Notes under the pieces: model-generated | Database searches by the model: none | What the model saw: the letters and a program-made list of their open reading frames with translations, nothing else | Told to the model about the DNA's origin: nothing | Position numbers and translations under genes: made by a program | Assembly: GCA_030141605.1 (NCBI GenBank) | Contig: JAQGDQ010000108.1 | Location: 434,001-498,000 of the forward strand | Reading direction: 5' to 3' | DNA length: 64,000 nucleotides | Source of the DNA: Tubiluchus corallicola | Taxonomy: Eukaryota > Animalia > Priapulida | Part shown: piece by piece, positions 1 to 41,386 of the stretch | Layout: each line of letters opens with the position of its first letter | Numbering within the stretch: position 1 is the first letter of the stretch

Positions 1-1439
1 GTTGTGAATGCGGATTCCTTCAACAGGAAAGTAGTTAATCAGCTACTAGAAACAGTATGATTAATGAAACTGCCAAGAACAAGCATTCTGGTGGTCAGCC
101 ATCTGTTTACTGACCAGGCTGGGCGTTGTTTAACGTCGGTCGCTAAACACACACACACACACACACGTACGCACACAATCCATGGTCACTCCAACGTTTT
201 CTTAGCGCACCAGAACTTGAAAAGAGGACTTCTGATTGTACCGATACGTATTAGGCCTATCTTCGGGTGGAAAGAAAAGCAAAAAATGACTAAATACAGT
301 AGATGCACTATATTTGGATTTTATGCTAAATTTAGAATACAAGTGCTATGTAAGCACAGTAGGAAAAACAACGCACAAAAGGCTATGCGAACGACCACCA
401 TTTTTTCTTTAGCAACGTCAATGCCTCGATGATCATAAGTAGTTAACGGTCAAAATTGAGCTACCTCGTGCGTAGCTAATAATGAATGGGTGACCGTGTA
501 ATTGGTTTTAGGACAGTTAACCGCAGTTCCATTCATCTGGGCCAAAGAGTCAAGACATATTTGCCTTCTCAGTGTCCCATCGGCTATCGCACGAGATTAT
601 CCTTTGTTCTGATCATTAAGAATTATCTCTGTCTTGTCATTTTTTGATAAAAAGTGTAAGCCTAATCCTTCGTGATCGCGCAATGACTTTAATAAGGCAA
701 TCTAAATACGTACTAATGTGATAAAGCAAATAAAATAATGAAATAATTCATCAGGTCAAGTGATTTCCAGAGAATTCTGTAATCCGGATGTAATGAACGT
801 GCCGGGAAGAGTCAGGCGATTGCCTGAGCGTTCTTTTTAACTTAAAATCTCTGTTAACACATTTAAATAGTTATTAGCTTTCTTAACTTACTCTGTGCAC
901 TATAATTACACTTGTATGTACCAGCGTATGCACGGTTATTTGTTGTTCTACGTACTCCAACCTTCACCTGTAACAAAGTTATAATTTCGTATATTCGCCT
1001 AAGCATCAAGTAACGTGCTCTTCAAATAATTACTATTATTATTATAATGTATTTTAACCTCAACCGCTTTAGCTACAAAAACGGATAAAATTGCCTACAA
1101 GGCCAGAAACTTCAAATTTAATTAAGAGTGCACGTGATCGGCAATGACTAGTTGACTGGCGGTTTTGTTTGTTAGGAAAAGTAAAATTTGTACGAAAAAA
1201 ATCATCAAAATAATAATAATAATAAACTAATAATAAAAACGCTGAAATGATTACATACGCATTCAGAAACTACAATGGCATGTAGACCTAATCTCGTTTA
1301 AATAATGTATTACAAATATCATGCAAACTGAATGGTATTATCAGCAGAGGCTACAGAGCAATATGAGCAATAGCTTTTAAGGTTTATAAGTTTTGAGTTG
1401 GCACTCAGCTCAGACACAGGCAGAGGCTTATAATAATGC

Positions 1440-2580
1440 AGAAAGTTGAAAAGTATTTTTTATTGCAGTATTGTACAAGTTTTCGTGCATCAAGATCTCA
1501 CATGTATACTGATAAATGGGCATCATTTTCAATTTTTTGTTTTGGAAACTTCGCTTCAAGATTTCATTTGAAACCTAGTGATTACTTTTTTGCCTGTTAT
1601 AAACTGCTTCTGAGACACACTTGTTTAAAAACCATACACAGTCAAAATTTGCAAAGCAAAAGTATATATTTTCCATACAAAATCTGTACAAGTATTGTAT
1701 CAATACAGGCACAATTAATACTTTACAAAAATAAAAGCACTTCGCTTGGTCTTTGGCAGAATCGTATGTGCGGAACATTTTAATACCTGTTAATGAATCT
1801 TCCCAAATTCTGATAGATTTTATGGAAATAAATACTAAATTGAACTAGTGAAGTATATATCTATTTAACCATAATAATAATAAATACAGAATTGTGAAGT
1901 ATAAATAATGAGTGAGTGCGGAAACGGCACTGTTAATTATAGAAAAACTGAGCAAATATTCAGAATTACAAATACCCAGTTAGAATACAAATCTAGACTT
2001 AACCTAGTCTACATAATACTGACATATGTCATCACGTAAGGCATAATTCGACACAAAACATTTGAAAGTGTAAAATGCTCTATAAACAATAGATATTCTT
2101 TATCTAATAAAAACACAAACAATAAACATAGGTAACAAACCACAAGCGGCATATTACAAAATACCACAACTGTCAAACAAAACATCAGTTATTTTCGAAT
2201 AGATTTAAAATAACCAACACTATAAACATACAAAGAATTCTTGCACCACTGATAAGCAAAAGGAATGTAATGCAAAACTTTATTAATATATACCTACATT
2301 GAATACGAGTGGACATTAAATGCACCTGTAAACATGTATAATGTATATAAGTACTAATAATACTAAAATTACTATAGTTATTAGGAAATTAATAAGCTTT
2401 TTATACCCAAGTAGAACAGTAAACATACAACAATAACGTTAAATATCATGTAGTATTATTGCTATATTATTAAGACAAAAGTTTGAATATTATCAGTAAT
2501 TAAATAACACGTAATTATCACAAATTAACAAGATTGTGGTGCTTTGTGGTACATAATCTCAGATACACGTTGTTTCGTTA
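1440..2580 (-). promoter_or_regulatory. TIS11 3' UTR with AU-rich elements and polyadenylation signal
   Basis: Minus-strand UAUUUAU cores at ~1827-1834, ~1878-1885 and ~1901-1908; AATAAA on the minus strand at 1459-1464. Confidence 0.6.
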
Positions 2581-3327
2581 TTAGTAAGCAGGTCCATCAG
2601 TGCCATGTCCAAATGGGTAAAAACGTGGTTTGCCCTTTTCCTGCTGGTGATCATTATTTGGAGATGATGGAGGAGTATTTGGAGCTGACGAATCCTCATC
2701 AATACTAAGGTAACGCTCAATGGCAAAACTGAGAGCATCGTCATTAAAGTCGAACACGGATTTTTCAGATTCTGGACTTTGAGATCCGGAGCTGGAATTG
2801 GGCGAGCCAGGTAGAGATCCAGCTGTAAGTAGTTTGTGTTCCCGGGATGGAGGAGTATGCATCAGATGCTGCTGTTCGGCAGCAGCTAGTTCCATCTCCA
2901 TATCTCCTGGATTGTGAATGAAATGGCACCGGGGCCCATAAGGACAGAACCCACTGGTATGATATGTACGGCAAAGCTCGGTCTTGTATTTTGGATGGCG
3001 TGGTAGTACCCGCAACTCATGTATCCCATGAGCAAACTGGCACTTCTCCCCATATTTACAGGCCCCCATTTCCTCATATGGGCGGCATAACTCAGTCTTG
3101 TAACGACTGCTCTTGACCCGATCACTCGGCTCGTTGAGACTTTGCTCCACCTGCTGGAGAACAGGAAAGTTTGGCAAAAACGGTGGAATGAAAGCCCTGT
3201 GTCCAGCTCCATTCAAATGGTGCAGATGAGCATGTAGCTGCAACTTGTCTCGGTAGTTGGCTAAAGCTGCCACAGCTCGTTCAGCCAGCAGTACGTCAAT
3301 ATGCTGCTGTTGTAACATTAATCTTTC
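2581..3327 (-). CDS. ZFP36L1: TIS11/ZFP36 coding exon 2 (tandem zinc-finger domain to stop)
   Basis: Matches ORF 2581..3351 minus its first 8 intron-derived codons. Confidence 0.93.
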   Translation of the reverse strand, partial: ERLMLQQQHIDVLLAERAVAALANYRDKLQLHAHLHHLNGAGHRAFIPPFLPNFPVLQQVEQSLNEPSDRVKSSRYKTELCRPYEEMGACKYGEKCQFAHGIHELRVLPRHPKYKTELCRTYHTSGFCPYGPRCHFIHNPGDMEMELAAAEQQHLMHTPPSREHKLLTAGSLPGSPNSSSGSQSPESEKSVFDFNDDALSFAIERYLSIDEDSSAPNTPPSSPNNDHQQEKGKPRFYPFGHGTDGPAY

Positions 3328-6300
3328 CTGTAATATAATAAACATACCCATAAAGCTGAGTACAATAGTCTAATTTCGTAACACGGTTAAAAAGCTTGAC
3401 TAGTGATACAAAAAACATCATACATAAGCCATGGATTAGCCTCTTTATTCTAGTGTAGCGTCAATCACTTGACAAGTTGACAAGTGATGACAACAATGGT
3501 CTGCATATTTACACAAAGCTGTTTAAATCAAGCAGTTTTTGAGGCGATCCGAAATGTAATGTCTACCTTATCAGCTGCCATAGGTATTTTCCGTCTGACA
3601 ATATCTAATAATCGACTGTCGTAGTTTTTGACCTACACGAATGCTTGAGTAAATGACCTCTGGATAACCTCTAAACACAATGATCACTAGTTTTTGCTGT
3701 CCTGCATTCTCGTAATGTACTTAAATATTTCAATTCTGAATATTGCAATGATAAGTATGTCCCACATAAGCAAATACTTCAAACAAAGAGCCAGCTTACT
3801 GTTCTGCCAACATCGAAGAATGACCTTCTGATGGCCTTTGTATAAATATATATTTATATATACATGTATGTATATTTGTATACATATATACAAATTAAGG
3901 CCCATTCTCCAAAGTATTAATGCACCTCTGCCGGTTCAATATCTCATCTAAGCCAAGTCCAATCTCGAGCATCCATATTGATAAGAATGCCAGAATTGAA
4001 TGTTGAATTCCGGCTCGCTACTAACAGATGTACCAATTTAATTCAGTCCAATTTAAATCTCCAAAATCTTGAGAAATATCCAAGAACAGTAGGAAAGGAC
4101 TAGCCCACCAAAAATACGTATCTGAAAGATTCATTACAATAACTGTGTACTATTTAAATTGAATATTTAATAGCAAATAGCAATGCCAAACTTCCACTTT
4201 GGCGATCACAACAACAAGAATACGTAAGCCCTTAATTCTGTGGCACTGCAAGGGCTGTGAAAACAATAATGACTAATTTCTAAGTCTTAATTAGTATTAA
4301 CATGTAAATTACGTACCATACTTTTACCGCAAAGTTCAAAACTAAGTATCGAGCAAAAAACTGTGCAATTAATAACAAATTTTACAAGACAGTGAAACGA
4401 CCGTGATGGATATTCGTTCACCTTGTGTAGGCGGTTCAAGGTTAAAATAAAAAAAATTGAACATAACAAGGAGTACACGTAGATGCATACACCGTAAATA
4501 CTCATTAGCTAGATTCGAGGACGACTTGAGGCAACTGGTGACCTTGAGAAAATAGTACAGTACTATAATTTTGGGAAAAAATGATAGCGGAAAGTCGCAA
4601 CAGCAACAAAAAGAAAGCAATTACAACAGCAATGGAAAATGAAGGGAGAGAGAGAGAAAAAAATAGTGAGAGATACAGGGAGTGGAGAGAGGAAAAGAGA
4701 ATACGGAGAAAAACAGACAGACAGACAGAGAGAGAGAGCGAGAGAAACACGGAGAGGGAGGAATACGGAACTCACTCGGAAAGATAAGCAAAAAAGATCG
4801 AGTCTTCCAACAACAAGCGACTAACTAAAGCAGAAAGGACCCTCACTAACTACCTATTTCACTTTAACATTCATCTAACGTAATATAAACATTAATATAA
4901 ACTTTCACTTGTGTGCTTTGTCAATTTGATTAACTTTGCACTGTAAATTCGTTTTACTGGCACATCATTTTCTTAGCATTCATTTTAGAATAACCATAAC
5001 CATAGTAACATCCTCATTCGTGATTTTTATAACGCTTACCGGCTATGTGAAACTGAAAACGTGAATTGACAAAAATTTTGTTTTTACGTCTATTATACAG
5101 GAGCCGCAACTGCGACCAAGGGGCCACTTGCGGCCGCCGAGAGATCTTGTGCGGCCCGCAAAGAGGTTTGTCAACCTAATGAAAGTGAGGCCCGGGAGAT
5201 GAATTGAGTGGCAAGCAGCAGGAAGATGTTTTACCTAAACTAAAGTCCGTGCCACGATTGCAAAGGTAGTACGGGTAAGGTAAACTCTAAAAATCTAAAG
5301 ACATAAAAACAATTTCCAAGAAAAGTTGATTGTTGCACTTGCACTGCAGAACAATCAATCATAGTCATAAACAATGTGATTAGCGGGCTAGCAGCAAATT
5401 ATTGGATTGTCATAATGCCGATCGTACATTCAGTTATTATACAGTACATGTACTAACATTGCTCATAAACAAACCAAATAAAACAAGTCTTAGCACTCGG
5501 TCAACTTGTAAAAACAATTATATAATTACATTCATTTAATGAAAAAAAGAAAAGATACGAAAAAATTCATTTATTCTGTAATAAGATGCCCTAATACCGT
5601 TGAATACAAAGCACTTTTATTTTGTCATTTAAAAAAGAATTAACTCCATTACCTTAAATTTACCTTAACTTGACGACGCCGATAACAATACACGCACATA
5701 AGATAACAACAGTAGCAACAATCGGCAATGCTATACGGTAGCTATAAATCATTATAAAATAGTAAATTGCTGAAATAACTTTGCCTTCATAATTTCATTA
5801 GGTCCACTTGTTAATAACTATAACCCTTGGTCAATGAGATGATTACAGAACATACAAATTAACTCTACTGAGTTTGAACTCGCTGCAACTACGTAACCTT
5901 CGCGCTAACCAAGAGTAAGCCCTCTAGGTAATTGAAAGTCTACTCTGAACGTGTTTTGGTGGACGCATCCTTTGATTGATGACAACTAAATGGTTAATTA
6001 AACCCTCGCACATTTGACCGCCATTTGCATACCAGCGGCTTTTACGGTACAATACAGTATTCGCTTGAATCATTACAAGAAGGCCGTCACGAGGTCGAAT
6101 TTCAACTTCTGTTGTCCTTTGCTCTGAAGATACTGAAAATTGTAATTTCTAACGGGGCCTTTGTACAAAAACTACTTATACATTTATAAAGAATTTCGGG
6201 GTCATACCAGGACAGGCAGCGACATGTTTACCGGTAAATCGTTGCAAGCACAACAGAGGCCCTAAATGTATCCTATTTATGCTATACATGTATAACATAA

Positions 6301-7350
6301 CAATTTTATCTACAACTGAACGTTGATATAGCCTGTAGTGAAACCACTCTACAATTTAAACTTCGTAGCCTAAATGTAAGCGGCTGTAATATCTTTTAAC
6401 GCTTAATCATCTACAGCATTGCCATTCACTTAAACAAAATACAAAGAGTCTATATTCTACTCTAGACTGCATCTGTGTACTAATATTTTCTGTAAGTACC
6501 AAAACTGAATTGAACTGCTTATTTATATTTGTAACTGATACTGAGAGTCGCACTGTACAACTCAACAGCAAACTGATAAACCCCATACTATCTTGTCGTA
6601 AAAAATGTACAGTTTCGGTGAAAAACAGCATAATTTTGTTTGTGTCAACTAAAAACGGGTTACTACTACTAAAATATTTGAACTTTCAAAAATAAGTAAA
6701 TACGTTTCCAGCCACATTTTCAGAAGCGAATAAGTTTTATAATAAAAATTATAAATTATAAATTTCAAATACTTTTGAGGTAGATACATATAATACCATT
6801 AACAAGCAAAAGTGATTCGATAACATTTCGTTCAGCCAAACCGGTGCAGCTTGCCAGCCTGTGCTGCGCATAATCGAACAACTCAAATTCAAATTTATCA
6901 ATACTTATGTTTAACTAATCCATTTATTTATTAGTAATTACTACTTAAAAACTTAATTATGATAACATGGTTTAGAAAACAGGTATTACAACTTATAATT
7001 AATATGCAAAATCTCTATAATGGAAGATTCAGGCACAACATTTCTCAAAATAAACTTACGTTAGCATTACATGTAGCAATTAACTAAGAATTATCTTGTG
7101 TATATGAAATTCGCGATAAATAACAATCTCAACTACAACATTTAGAATCAGAATAGGCGCACTGCTAAATTAAAGCCTACATTATAACAAATAACACGTG
7201 GACGCCTATGGCTAAAATTCCTACAAATGATTAAACAATTTGTCATTACGAAAAAATTACGCATTTAAAAATAAAGTGGTATACCTTGAGAACAATGAGA
7301 TCATCCACTTGTAGCGGTGATACAGGCAATCCATTAGCCGGTGAAAGCAT
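2581..7350 (-). CDS. ZFP36L1: ZFP36/TIS11 (tristetraprolin-family) tandem CCCH zinc-finger mRNA decay factor; 2 coding exons (7285-7350, 2581-3327), 270 aa
   Basis: Exon 2 encodes RYKTELC-x8-C-x5-C-x3-H, an 18-aa linker and KYKTELC-x8-C-x5-C-x3-H. Acceptor ttattatattacag|GAA at 3328/3327. Exon 1 (AAAA-ATG at 7350) encodes [22 protein letters not shown] and ends AAG|gtatac in phase 0, like the short first exon ending in K of vertebrate ZFP36L1/2. The symbol is family-level only. Confidence 0.92.
4640..4762. repeat. Imperfect (GA)n/(GACA)n microsatellite in the TIS11 intron
   Basis: Runs of gagagaga and acagacag. Confidence 0.85.
5098..5200 (+). mobile_element. hAT/Charlie-like MITE terminal fragment
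   Basis: CAGGAGCCGCAAC...GGGCCACTTGCGGCC...TGCGGCCCGC resembles the GCGGCCC subterminal motifs of hAT ends; no second end found. Confidence 0.4.
7285..7350 (-). CDS. ZFP36L1: TIS11/ZFP36 coding exon 1
   Basis: 22 codons, A at -3, GT donor in phase 0 compatible with exon 2, promoter motifs just upstream. Confidence 0.75.
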
Positions 7351-7599
7351 TTTTGATTAATTGTCATTAGATGAAGCTTTCAGATCTACCCCAGAATCTT
7401 CTCGTTTAAAATTTTGAAACTGAAATTCAACTTTAGTACCGGACAAAAACTACAGCACTGAGCCCCTGACTGCTAACTTATTTCCATACAGTGCCAAGTG
7501 TCAACAACAAAGTTCCCTCTAATCCTGTCAACCTTTACTGTGTGTTTACAAAACAGCGTTGCATAGCACAATCAGCACGTACTCGAATTTCGATTCCAA

Positions 7600-7760
7600 G
7601 CACACGGCGCACATTTTCATCACGCTAGCCACAAGGCTTATGACGACACGAAAGGCGGGGTTAAACAAATCAACCAATAAGATGCCGCAGAATAACAACG
7701 TCACAATCGATTGCATTCAGCATGCCAATTTTTACAGACACGTGTCGATGACTTCATTCA
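7600..7760 (-). promoter_or_regulatory. Putative TIS11 proximal promoter
   Basis: CpG-rich cluster: GC box GGCGGG 7654-7659, CCAAT 7674-7678 and 7725-7729, CRE half-site ACGTCA 7698-7703, E-box CACGTG 7739-7744, TGACTTCA 7749-7756. Confidence 0.5.
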
Positions 7761-7879
7761 TGAATTTCCGTTGTAAAGTGCATACAAAATTACGGAGAAA
7801 GTAAAATGTAAGTCAAGACCTGGCAGACTGAGTTGACTGCCCTGAATGGGCAATATTTTCAATTAAAAAAATTTGAACA

Positions 7880-8385
7880 TGTCGTTCCTAGAAATAAAGA
7901 AATTATTACATTGGTTTGGTTAGTCATCATCTAGGATACTGTTTGCAGCTTGGATTCCACATTATCAGAAAGACATTATAGCTTATGGAAGCAGTGCAAA
8001 GGCATGCTACGAGAATAATATCTGGTTGTAAAAATCTGACATTTTTAAAAAAATTGAAGTATTGTTTTTTGACCACGCATGAATTAAGAAGACTCCCTGC
8101 AGATTTTATTGAGTTTTATAAAACACTGACTACAAAAGAAAACATTTTGCCTGAAAAATTCTTTAATTTAGTTGTTGATTCTAAAACTACAGAGGGCATC
8201 GTTTAAAACTTTTTACAGAGTTGTCACGTCACATTCGTAAATATTCATTTACTGTGAGAGTAGTGAACGAATGGAATAATCTGCCAGCCATTGTAATTGC
8301 CACACCAACCATTATAAAGTTTAAATCCTTAATCAACACTTATTCTGTGGAGAAATATGGGGTTTCTATAAGTGTACTCCCTTAA
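7880..8385 (+). mobile_element. Decayed 3' fragment of a CR1-clade LINE (RT C-terminal region)
   Basis: Frameshifted translation AWIPHYQKDI..EAVQRHATRIISG..LTTHELRRL.ADFIEFYK..TRGHRLKL..RKYSFTVRVVNEWNNLP..FK is typical of the CR1 ORF2 tail. Confidence 0.8.
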
Positions 8386-8659
8386 CCTCCAATCATGACA
8401 GTATAATATTATGAGGTTTAAATTTGTTTCTGTTATGGATAGAATTTTAATAAAATAAACGGTTAGGCTAGGAACAACTGAACAACGCAATGCACACCAC
8501 TTTTTCACTTATAAAACTACATAAACCCTGCTTTATTTTTTCAGCTGAGTAATTTAATTTGGCACTTGTAAAACTGATTAAGCTTCGTTAACTTTACTGA
8601 CCCGTTTTGATCTTCATAATAATTATAGGCATTTTTGTTTTAGTGGCCTTAACCTTTAA

Positions 8660-9396
8660 CTCCTTCAGGACTGTAGGCGTTTGCTGCATGTTGTATACGT
8701 TTATGAAAAACTGCTCTCACTAAGCAACGATTGTATTGTATTTGATCATTTTTGTAGGTTTCTACTCTTCGTACGATGGGTTTTCATGCAAAATTATGAA
8801 TAGAATGCATTTGCTTACTTTAAATAAATTAAAAATCGAATATCTGAAAAAATGGCGAAAAAATTGAAAAAACTTTCAGTAATTGCAGTGTTTGCACCAT
8901 AATAATGTATAGTATCACTTGACTTGTGTGAAATCGACTAATGCAGAAAATTTCAACTATCCAAACGCAACACGAAGATACACTCTAGCATCAAGTCCAC
9001 TCTGTCTTTAATGAGAAATTCCTGTTAAAAGTTGAGACGATCTTAATATGATTTTGGCTGATCGGTTAGTTTTTCCTGGAATAGCAGCAGAACACTGCCA
9101 GCTTGGGCTGTAGCAAGCAAGGAAGCAATAAAATAGCGTGTACGATGACGTAAGTGTATACCAGACTAAGTTACTCGATATGTTAGTTGGAGCGCCTGAA
9201 AAGGGCGTGCTTTTTTCATTTTATCCAATTAAGTCACTTATAAATGCTTAAACAAATAGCATGATTAGATAGCCGAGATCCTGCTGAATAGAACAGTGCC
9301 TAATTTGTAATCATTTAGTTATATCTATGCTCATATGGTAGCAGAAAGGTCACAGGTCTTATAAGACCTGTTCTGAGTGGTGTGGTCCTGAGGGAG
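8660..9396. mobile_element. piggyBac-like MITE, copy 1 (TTAA target site)
   Basis: TTAA at 8656-8659 and 9397-9400; TIRs CTCCTTCAGGAC / GTCCTGAGGGAG (11/12); internally homologous to the copy at 16947-17518. Confidence 0.85.
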
Positions 9397-11099
9397 TTAA
9401 CCTTTTGAACCCAAAATCAATGGGTTTGGTTTTCAGCTCTTGGCAAAGCAATAAAAGCATATCCCTGCGCCAAGATTAGTACTGACTTCATTGTGTGGAG
9501 AGGCACAAACGCCAACAGACTTATGGAAACGACTCACAGTAACTCAACTGTGCTCAACCACAGATCAGTCAGTTTTGTCGTTGTGGTGAGTACAGTTGAG
9601 TTATCTATTTTGACACAATCTAACACAAGGTAAATTAAACCAGTTCAGCTCAACTCTGATCATTCATCAACCACTCATTTATTCATTATAGTCCACAAAC
9701 GCAATTCAGCTTATAACTAAACTGTTATTTTAATGCAACTGGATTTTACGGTTTTTCTCAACTGAATCCTGCAGTGCCATTAAACTGTCAGTAGAAAGTT
9801 TCCCCCCTTTAGTCTCCCTGGCTAGCCGTGTTGGAGAAAGCCATTACTGTACTCTATTTTGCGTCTTTATAAATTATCTATTTCCCAGCTTAAAATTTTA
9901 TAGTACGTAATGTTATAGATTTTTCCACTGTCATTCTGCATTTCTTGGCTGCCATTTGCAAATTAGCCAGCCTGCTTATCTGTCTGCCTCCTAAAGCTAT
10001 TATTTTAGTTCGTCAGTTCAGTCCATTTATTCATATACATGTTTACTTGCTATAGTGCACTAGTTTCTTTGTCGTTTGTTTTTTGTTTGTTAGTTTCTTC
10101 ATTTGCTTTTTTATTTGCTCATTGGTTTGTTTATTTGCTCATTCTTTCATTTTTTCTTTTGTTTGTTCATTCTTTTGTACATTCGTTCGTATGAAGATTT
10201 GTTCGTTCATTTGCTCACTCGCTTGTTTAATTTTCCACTTTCTGATTTGTTTAATAATTATCAGCCGAGTAGTGTCAGTGTAGTGATGATTTACTAACAG
10301 CAATATTTTTAGCAAAAAAATCAGTAAATGTTTATTGCTCAACATAGTCAAACGGCTGCTGGAATTGACACTAACGCGAATATTTAACGGATCACGTCTT
10401 GAATCAACAAACTAGTAATAATGAGTTACTCAACCAGTCGCTCTCATCTGGCCATCCTCCCTCCTCATTCTGTCAATGATTTTAAAACCTGAATTATTTA
10501 TTCATTTATTCACTAAAAATTTGATAGATTAATTTAGGCGCTTATTTATCAGACTATTTATGCACATACCTGTTGAACATTTGATTTTCCGTTAGTAAAC
10601 AAGTGTAAATTGTTCAAGTCACTCAGGCTGTTTTGTCAACCTGCCTAGTCAGTTATGATTAGATGTGCAATTAGTCAGCAAACCAGTCACAGTGTGTACT
10701 ATGAATGTAACAAGCTGATCGATAGACTGTCGATCTAGTTATGGTTTGTAGAGGGCCATGCAATAATTCATTGACTGGTTAAAGTTATCATAAACAATGG
10801 GTGGTAGGCATGATTTTTATTGTAGCTAGTACATCAGGTAGTAGTATGGCAGTTTTATTTCATTTGCTCATTTATTTTGACTAATTTTTAGTTGTGAATA
10901 TGTACAGTTTTTGCACTGAAGTTCACTATATTCACCAACGAGCCAGTGTTGACACATGCGGCAGCAACAATGGTTTTGTTATTATTGTTTCATGCTCGCA
11001 ATTTTTATTATTATTACAACTGGTATTTTGATATTTTAAAAAAAACAAATTAAACATAAATGCTTTATACTAAATAGTCTGAAAAGAGAAAACTGGTTC

Positions 11100-11343
11100 A
11101 GGTCACCGCGTTCGTGTGGCGTTAACGAGGCACGCCTAACACGATGCACTGAAAACGTTGTAGTTTTCACGTGACACCACAGTGAATGCACCATGGCCCT
11201 AGTCTTAATTTCGTCTTGAGTGTCGACTGTCGAGTGCTCATCTTCTAAGTTTTGTTGTTGGAAACGTTTTGAACTAATGTAATAATGCACATTTTCTGTA
11301 AAAAAATTCGCGTTTTAGTTAACCAGACCTAATTATACACCAG
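11100..11343 (+). promoter_or_regulatory. Putative SETD3 promoter and non-coding first exon
   Basis: CpG-rich patch upstream of the CpG-poor gene body; donor CAG|gtatct at 11344; acceptor tttttag at 12927 just before the SETD3 ATG shows that a 5' UTR exon exists. Confidence 0.45.
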
Positions 11344-12939
11344 GTATCTGAAATAATGCTTTTGCTGTGATTTCACTTCTATATTGCCTATTCGGCTAAG
11401 ATGTTACAGCAAGTTTACCTTTTTGATCTGAGCCGATAATCATTTGTCTTGCTCATCATAATTTGCTTTGCTATATCTTATTTAAAATTATTTCTGATAT
11501 CTTTATATTGCACATTTTCTGCAAGATATTGTCGTCTTTGTGTTGCTTGAATTTAGAATTAATAAACTAAACTAAATATTGCTAACAAAACTGAATTATA
11601 AACTTAAAATTACACAAAGGTGTCATTTAGGCTTACGAGCTAAATAGCTGCAGCATTTGTGGGTGAAAATGATTGTCCGGTGTGTTGTTAATTGTTTATC
11701 ATTTTTGTTGGCTAGTGATAATATGTAAAATTGTACGTTAAAAATTGCATTGGATCGTCATTGTAAAAGTTTACTCACCAAGTTGTATTCCTGATGATGA
11801 CTAATTTTCATTTTTGTAGTGGACTTACATTTTCCCAGAGTATACGTTTCAAACTTACTCATGTATGTGGTAAACTGAAAGCTTTTTGGCAACTAGCAAA
11901 CGTTTATAGTTGACAAATGACTACAGAACAAAATTGAAACAGTGTTAAATGAGCCTTTTATAACAGTTTAATTAGAAACTTGTCTTTTAAATGAACAAAT
12001 ATCTTTAAATGAACAAATATCTATTGCTTTTATAGAGAGTAATTTGGTAAATCTTGCCATATTCGTTTTCTGAAAAATGAATTTCTGGTTCTGCCACTAC
12101 CATTTGTAAGGCCCTTCATATGAGTACTGGATCCTGACTCGCAAAGTGTTTCAGTCTATTTATAATACTTTTTAAAAAGAAAAAGAGCAGAATAATATAA
12201 ATTTTGCATGTCGCAAAGTTTCAGTTTCGTAAATCTGTATATTGTGGTCACACCACCACTGCTGATTTTATAGAAGACGAAAACTTGGTCTCTGTACCAT
12301 CAGCACTTTTGGCAAGTTATTCGTAAATTTGGTTCCAAATTTGAATATGTAGATCAAATGAGCAGAATATTTTATATTTCTAACACTTTGCTTTGTCACT
12401 ACAGTCTACTTAAGAAATAGCTGCAGAAATTTAGATTCTGTATACAGTTTATATTTAGGCTTATAACAAGCATCCTCTGCCCAGGTTTTTACACAATTAT
12501 TTTGTTTTATCCCCAGACCAAATTTTTTATTTTAAATTTATAATTTGGTTACATTTAGTGGAACTGATTATCTACAAATAACACTATCAATACCTAGAAG
12601 GCTGTTACTTTCATTTACGTTTTGCTTCGTTAAACAAGAATGTGATGTGTAAATTACACATATCTGTTGTAAAGGAATTTTTTTCATTTTTATTTAAGAT
12701 TGTGCTGTATAAGACTTGTTGTAAGACTGGTATGTAAGTCTTGTTGAACCGTATGTAATGTCTGCAATGACCAGTGACTCCTCATATGTATAATTAAGAT
12801 GTTATGTGGCAAATCTTAAACATGATTTAATTCTGATGAAATTAAGCTTGAAGTTTTGTTGTGAACTATTAGATTCCAGCAACCAAAATTCGAAAATTTA
12901 CTATTTTTGATCAACATTTCTTTTTAGCAACAACTGCAG

Positions 12940-41386
<28,447 letters not shown>

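Noticed and set aside
64-432. 122-aa ORF
   Set aside because: Spans a (CA)n repeat, with no recognisable motif or splice support.
3328-3351. MGMFIILQ N-terminus of ORF 2581..3351
   Set aside because: Intronic sequence ending in the acceptor ...ttacag; the true N-terminus comes from an upstream exon.
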